Positions 59,337-64,000 of a DNA stretch of 64,000 nt are shown piece after piece (the first letter of the stretch is position 1; the number at the start of each line of letters is the position of its first letter). The notes beneath the pieces were generated by a model. The model was not told where the DNA came from, ran no database searches, and saw only the letters and a program-made list of their open reading frames with translations. The DNA comes from an uncultured Verrucomicrobiae bacterium (GTDB taxonomy: Bacteria > Verrucomicrobiota > Verrucomicrobiia > Chthoniobacterales > UBA10450). The position numbers and the translations under genes were made by a program. The stretch spans positions 384,001 through 448,000 of the forward strand of contig CAWDGJ010000002.1 of NCBI GenBank assembly GCA_963801815.1, given 5' to 3'.

Positions 59337-60236
59337 ATGCGCATTGTCTTCATCGGCACTGGCGAAATCGGCGTGCTGACATTGCGCGCGCTCCAAAGCT
59401 CCGAGCACGAACTTGTTGGAGTCGTTACCCAACCGGACAAGCCCGTTGGCCGCGAACAAAAGGTCACCGCGCCGCCGGTGAAGGCCGCGATCGCCGGCAG
59501 CAAGATACCGATTTTGCAGCCCACGAAAATCAAGGATCCTACCGCGGTCGAGCAAATCCGCGCGCTCAAACCGGACGTGATCGTGGTGATGGCTTACGGT
59601 CAAATCCTGCCACACGCGGTGCTCGAGATTCCCAATATCGCTTGTATAAACCTTCACGCTTCACTCCTGCCGCGCTGGCGCGGGGCCGCGCCTATCCAAG
59701 CCGCAATCGCCGCCGGCGATCATCAAACCGGAATCACCGTGATGTACATGGACGAAGGGCTCGACACTGGCGACGTTTTGCTGCAGCGGAAGATTGATAT
59801 CGCGGCAAATGAAACTGGTGAATCATTGCACGATCGGCTCGCCCAGATCGCGCCGGAAGCGCTGGTCGAGTCTTTGAAATTACTTCAGGCGGCAAGCGCC
59901 CCGCGCATTGCCCAAGATAAGACGGTCGCGACCTACGCTCCGAAACTAGATCGCGAAGCCGGTCGCATCGATTGGAAGGAAAGTGCCGAACAGATTGAGC
60001 GAAAGATTCGCGCTTACAATCCGTGGCCCGGCGCGTTCACCGAATTCAGGAATCGCAAACTCAAGCTTTTTTCGGCATCGATTGTCGATCTTCAGGGAAA
60101 GCCCGGCGAGACCTTACGCGAGGATCGCGAACTTGTCGTCGCAACATCCGATCGAGCGCTATCACTCAACGAAGTTCAGCTCGAAGGAAAACGTCGAATG
60201 AGCGCAGTGGAATTCCTCCGCGGCCTGAAACATTGA
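59337..60236 (+). CDS. fmt: Methionyl-tRNA formyltransferase
   Basis: [41 protein letters not shown]. Confidence 0.97.
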   Translation: MRIVFIGTGEIGVLTLRALQSSEHELVGVVTQPDKPVGREQKVTAPPVKAAIAGSKIPILQPTKIKDPTAVEQIRALKPDVIVVMAYGQILPHAVLEIPNIACINLHASLLPRWRGAAPIQAAIAAGDHQTGITVMYMDEGLDTGDVLLQRKIDIAANETGESLHDRLAQIAPEALVESLKLLQAASAPRIAQDKTVATYAPKLDREAGRIDWKESAEQIERKIRAYNPWPGAFTEFRNRKLKLFSASIVDLQGKPGETLREDRELVVATSDRALSLNEVQLEGKRRMSAVEFLRGLKH

Positions 60237-60312
60237 CTGGCAGCCAGTTGGCCGGACAAATCAAGCATTTTGCTTTCAAAACGAAGCGTGCTCCTGTTTC
60301 ATCTCCGCTGCG

Positions 60313-61053
60313 ATGAAAACCGAAGCACCGGCTTACAAGCGTATCGTGCTCAAGTTGAGCGGCGAAGCGCTTCAGGAACGCGGTGCACGGGAAAACATTT
60401 CCCCGGCGATCGTCCGCCAGATTGCCGAGCGCATCAAAGAGGTAAGCCAGCTCGGAGTCCAGATCGCGATAGTGATCGGCGGCGGCAATATCTGGCGCGG
60501 GTCCTCCGCGGCAGTGCGCGGAATGGATCGCACGACGGCGGATTACATGGGAATGCTTGCGACGGTGGTCAACGCGCTCGCGTTGCGCAGCACGCTCACT
60601 CAGCTCGGAGTCGAAGCACGCGTCCAGACTGCGATCGAAATGAAAAATGTGGCCGAACCGTTCATTCTTGGTCGGGCGATTCGGCACCTCGAGCTCGGCC
60701 GGATCGTGATTTTCGCCGCAGGAACCGGCAATCCGTATTTTTCCACCGACACGACCGCAGCGTTGCGCGCGAGCGAGATCGGTGCCGATGTGATTTTGAA
60801 GGCGACGAAAGTGGACGGCGTTTACGATCGCGACCCAAACAAAGACCCGAACGCGAAGCGATTTGAGCGGATCAGTTTCAGCGATGCGCTGGGCAAACGA
60901 CTTCAGGTCATGGATTCGACGGCGTTCAGTCTTTGCATGGACAACAAGATCCCAATTGTCGTATTCGACATGTACAAACCGGGAATTTTGCGGGACGCTG
61001 TGCTAGGGAGAAAAGTGGGAACGCTGGTTTGCGACGAACCGGAGACGAAGTAG
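60313..61053 (+). CDS. pyrH: UMP kinase
   Basis: [41 protein letters not shown]. Confidence 0.98.
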   Translation: MKTEAPAYKRIVLKLSGEALQERGARENISPAIVRQIAERIKEVSQLGVQIAIVIGGGNIWRGSSAAVRGMDRTTADYMGMLATVVNALALRSTLTQLGVEARVQTAIEMKNVAEPFILGRAIRHLELGRIVIFAAGTGNPYFSTDTTAALRASEIGADVILKATKVDGVYDRDPNKDPNAKRFERISFSDALGKRLQVMDSTAFSLCMDNKIPIVVFDMYKPGILRDAVLGRKVGTLVCDEPETK

Positions 61054-61065
61054 AAATTTACGCAC

Positions 61066-61627
61066 ATGAACAGGGATGACATTCTTCTTGAAACCGAGAT
61101 GTCGATGGAAAAGAGCGTCGATTATCTCGTGCACGAATTTTCCGGGGTGCGCACCGGCAAGGCATCGCCCGCGCTGGTAGAAAACATCGACGTCCAGGCT
61201 TACGGGTCGACGATGAAGTTGAAGCAGCTGGCGCTGATTACGACACCGGAGTCGCGCTTGCTGGTATTGCAACCGTTCGACGCCGGGACCGTTCAAGACA
61301 TCGAGCGAGCGCTCAAGGAATCGAACATCGGGATTACGCCGGCGGTGGACGGAAAAATCATTCGGCTGCCAATTCCCGAGTTATCGGAGGAGAGACGGAA
61401 GGAATTGGCGAAATCGTTAGGCAAAATGGCCGAGGAAGCGCGTGTCCGCGTGCGAAGTAATCGGCGCACCGCTTTGGACGAAGCGAAGAAGCTGAAAGCT
61501 GGCGGCGGAATGAGCGAGGATGATGTGCGTCGACCTGGACAGCGAAATTCAGAAACTGACCGATCGCTTCGTCAAATCAATCGACGATCATCTCAAGCAC
61601 AAGGAAGCTGAAATCATGAAGGTGTGA
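61066..61627 (+). CDS. frr: Ribosome recycling factor (frameshift near 61535)
   Basis: VRTGKASP; P.LSEERRKEL; after the frame change EIQKLTDRF...HKEAEIMKV and TGA at 61625-61627. Confidence 0.95.
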
Positions 61628-61630
61628 AGA

Positions 61631-61717
61631 GATTTAACGAATCAGCGATTTAACGATTTGCGAATGCAGACAAAGTTCGGACTTTCTGAAATCGTTAATT
61701 TATTGAATCGCTAAATC
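61631..61717. repeat. Palindromic element with gatttaac/gttaa-type 8-bp units
   Basis: gatttaacgaatcagcgatttaacgattt ... aaatcgttaatttattgaatcgctaaatc; lies between convergent genes. Confidence 0.65.
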
Positions 61718-61729
61718 GCCACGAGCCGA

Positions 61730-62545
61730 CTAAAGGCGGACTAAGTCGAGCAGAAACTGGCACCAGAGATAGACCATTCCGCGCCAGGAATATCTTACGT
61801 CGCCTTCGGGCGTATGTTTGAGCACACCCTTGTGAACGTTGTGCGCGATCTGTTCGCGTAAGTCGCGCTCCATCTCCTGCTCAATTCTCTCTTCGTCCAA
61901 CGCTTCGATCGCCTCGACCTGGACGTTGTGCTTGCGCAAGAAAGCGCGGTGGCTTTGATAAAGTTGCCAGAACGATTGATCCGGCCGCTGGCGATTGATT
62001 CGAAACTGCGGCGTTAGTTTCAATCCGTAGGAGAGCGGATAATTCCAGGTCGTCCAGATGATGCCGCTCCGCGCGCGCGAGGAAATTCGCAAATAATAAA
62101 ACGAGAGATCGTGTTGCTCGTTCAGACAAATCGTGGCCTGAGCACGATCTTCTGCTTTGTAAAAGAGCCGGAAAAATTGCCGGTAATCTTCCCAGTCCCA
62201 GCCGGCGTCGTTTATGTGGACGAAACCTTCGTTCTCAATCTCGCGAGTGATCTCGTTCAGCGTCGGAAACGTATCGCTCGACGGCGGCGACTTCGGGCGA
62301 AGCTGTTTTTCCTTCGGCAAACGCAACGTGCGAATGCGGGTGAGAATTTCCACCCATGGCAAAAAAAACCAGCTTACCGCCGCGACCGCACCAATGATCT
62401 GACTGCCGGTGATGAAGTAAAATGCGAGATACGAAACGACCAGGATGCCGATGGCTCCGGCTTTTTGCGAAAAAGAACTCTGGAAGCTACGCAGGGCAAC
62501 ACTAAGCACCGCGACGCCAAGCGTCAGGAAAAGGTTAAACAGCAT
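61730..62545 (-). CDS. Hypothetical membrane-anchored protein
   Basis: Three N-terminal hydrophobic helices followed by a soluble domain. Confidence 0.75.
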   Translation of the reverse strand: MLFNLFLTLGVAVLSVALRSFQSSFSQKAGAIGILVVSYLAFYFITGSQIIGAVAAVSWFFLPWVEILTRIRTLRLPKEKQLRPKSPPSSDTFPTLNEITREIENEGFVHINDAGWDWEDYRQFFRLFYKAEDRAQATICLNEQHDLSFYYLRISSRARSGIIWTTWNYPLSYGLKLTPQFRINRQRPDQSFWQLYQSHRAFLRKHNVQVEAIEALDEERIEQEMERDLREQIAHNVHKGVLKHTPEGDVRYSWRGMVYLWCQFLLDLVRL

Positions 62546-62789
62546 TAGGTTTGATCTGATGCTCGCTCAGGAACTGTTCGAGTTGATCGGTGTCGAAATT
62601 CGCCAGAACGTGCTCGCCGGCAACAAACGTCGGCACATAAGTCTGCTCCGATAACTTCTTCATCTCTTCGTAAGCCTGGCGATCGTCGCCAACGTCGATT
62701 TCCAGGAACTTGTAGCCGCGCGATTCCAGATACTCTTTCGCGTCAATGCACCACGAACACCATTCGCGGCTGTAGAGCTTTAATTCCAT
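62535..62789 (-). CDS. Glutaredoxin/NrdH-like protein
   Basis: LYS..WCSWC; QTYVPT. Confidence 0.88.
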   Translation of the reverse strand: MELKLYSREWCSWCIDAKEYLESRGYKFLEIDVGDDRQAYEEMKKLSEQTYVPTFVAGEHVLANFDTDQLEQFLSEHQIKPNAV

Positions 62790-62825
62790 GCGCGGGCGGA
62801 AATAAACGCGGTGCGGCGTGATCCG

Positions 62826-64000
62826 TCAATAGGACTTGGCCCAAATCACCCGCTTAGCGCCCGGTTGGCCGGTGAAAATGCACTTCCCCGGGTCCGCGTC
62901 ACCGAACGGAACGACGCGAATCGTTACCTTAAGGTCGTTCTTGATTTGTTCCTCCACTTCGCGTGAACCGTTCCAGTGCGCCAGCGCGAAGCCGCCATGG
63001 ATCTCCGGTTTGTTTGGATTCTTAGCCGTAAAGAAATCGTAAAACTCTTCTTTGGATTCGATGACGCGTGTGTGCTGCTCCTGAAACTCCTTCGCGCGGT
63101 CGTAAAGGTTCTGCTGGATCGACATCAGGATTTCCGGAGCGGTCGCCGCGAATTCCTGGATCGACATTGACTCCTTTGCTTTCACTGACTGGTCGCGCCG
63201 CGAGACAGCGACAGAGTTTGTTCCCAGATCACGCGGACCGATTTCAACCCGGATCGGCACGCCTTTCTTGATCCACTCCCAGTTTTTCACGCCACCGCCG
63301 AGATCGCGTTTGTCGACTTCAACCTCAAGCGGCGAATCAGCAAAATGCTTTCCTCGCAACTGCAAGGCGAGCGCGTCGCACGTCTCCAAAACTTTAGCGC
63401 GAGTGTCCTCTTTTGGCGTGATTGGCAAAATCACAATCTGGGTCGGCGCAATTCGCGGAGGCAAAACAAGTCCGTCGTCATCGCCGTGCATCATGACGAC
63501 CGTGCCGACCATGCGCGTGGTCATTCCCCAGCTAGTGGTCCAGCCAAATTCCTGTTTGCCTTCGCGGTTTTGAAATTGGATTCCACTGGCCTTGGCAAAA
63601 TTTTGTCCGAGAAAATGCGACGTGCCCGCCTGGATTGCCTTCCGATCTTGCACCATTGCTTCGAGGGTCAGCGTTTCGACCGCCCCCGGAAACTTTTCAC
63701 TTTCGGACTTGGCGCCGGTGAAAACCGGGACGGCGAGATGTTCGCGAGCGAACCGTTCGTAAACTTCGAGAATCAGCGTGGCCTCGGCGCGAGCCTGCTG
63801 TTCCGTTTCGTGAACGGTGTGACCCTCCTGCCAGAGAAACTCGGTGGTGCGCAAAAACAAGCGCGGCCGCATTTCCCAGCGCACCACGTTTGCCCACTGA
63901 TTTAAAAGAATGGGCAGATCGCGATACGACTGGACCCACTTCGCATAGCTCGCGCCTATGATGGTCTCGGACGTTGGCCGGACCACGAGCGGTTCGTTCA
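62826..64000 (-). CDS. proS: Proline--tRNA ligase, archaeal/eukaryote-like type (3' part; runs off window)
   Basis: RPTSET; QWANVVRWE.R.RLFLRT.EFLWQEGHT; QAGTSHFLGQNF; C-terminal WAKSY. Confidence 0.97.
   Translation of the reverse strand, partial: NEPLVVRPTSETIIGASYAKWVQSYRDLPILLNQWANVVRWEMRPRLFLRTTEFLWQEGHTVHETEQQARAEATLILEVYERFAREHLAVPVFTGAKSESEKFPGAVETLTLEAMVQDRKAIQAGTSHFLGQNFAKASGIQFQNREGKQEFGWTTSWGMTTRMVGTVVMMHGDDDGLVLPPRIAPTQIVILPITPKEDTRAKVLETCDALALQLRGKHFADSPLEVEVDKRDLGGGVKNWEWIKKGVPIRVEIGPRDLGTNSVAVSRRDQSVKAKESMSIQEFAATAPEILMSIQQNLYDRAKEFQEQHTRVIESKEEFYDFFTAKNPNKPEIHGGFALAHWNGSREVEEQIKNDLKVTIRVVPFGDADPGKCIFTGQPGAKRVIWAKSY

Noticed and set aside
61066..61627. frr as a pseudogene
   Set aside because: Essential gene; one extra base near 61535 explains the break and the correct C-terminus follows in another frame.

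Overview
GC-rich bacterial chromosome segment, most consistent with a soil Verrucomicrobiota (Spartobacteria/Chthoniobacterales, Ca. Udaeobacter-like). That assignment is inferred from the protein families and the intergenic repeat style, not from a search. No rRNA, tRNA, CRISPR, integrase or transposase was seen. The main feature is a roughly 20 kb metabolic neighbourhood (1-20415). It holds an atypical ATP-citrate-lyase-like pair, an HD-fold protein with an AD motif in place of HD, a fungal Lys4-type fused homoaconitase, a Lys12-like beta-decarboxylating dehydrogenase and a PrpD/MmgE dehydratase. These converge on lysine 6-aminotransferase, an ALDH7-type dehydrogenase, an acyl-CoA dehydrogenase and FadB/J, and a glutaryl-CoA-dehydrogenase-like gene starts at the window edge. 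Together they suggest an undescribed ATP-dependent homocitrate/2-oxoadipate route, possibly a reversed alpha-aminoadipate pathway. The rest of the window contains mgtE-mgtA plus a putative porin, an mscS/GNAT/SMR-pair/arginase-fold module, a matrixin with a TIMP-like partner, DsbD-redoxin, putA, ltaE and housekeeping genes (rpmB, acpP, nth, hflX, miaA, rsmI, rplU, rpmA, adk, fmt, pyrH, frr, proS). At least ten empty palindromic intergenic elements from several families sit next to gene boundaries. Many genes at 7.3-18 kb, 22.3-24.3 kb and frr carry single-base frameshifts that look like long-read assembly errors, so coordinates there are approximate.
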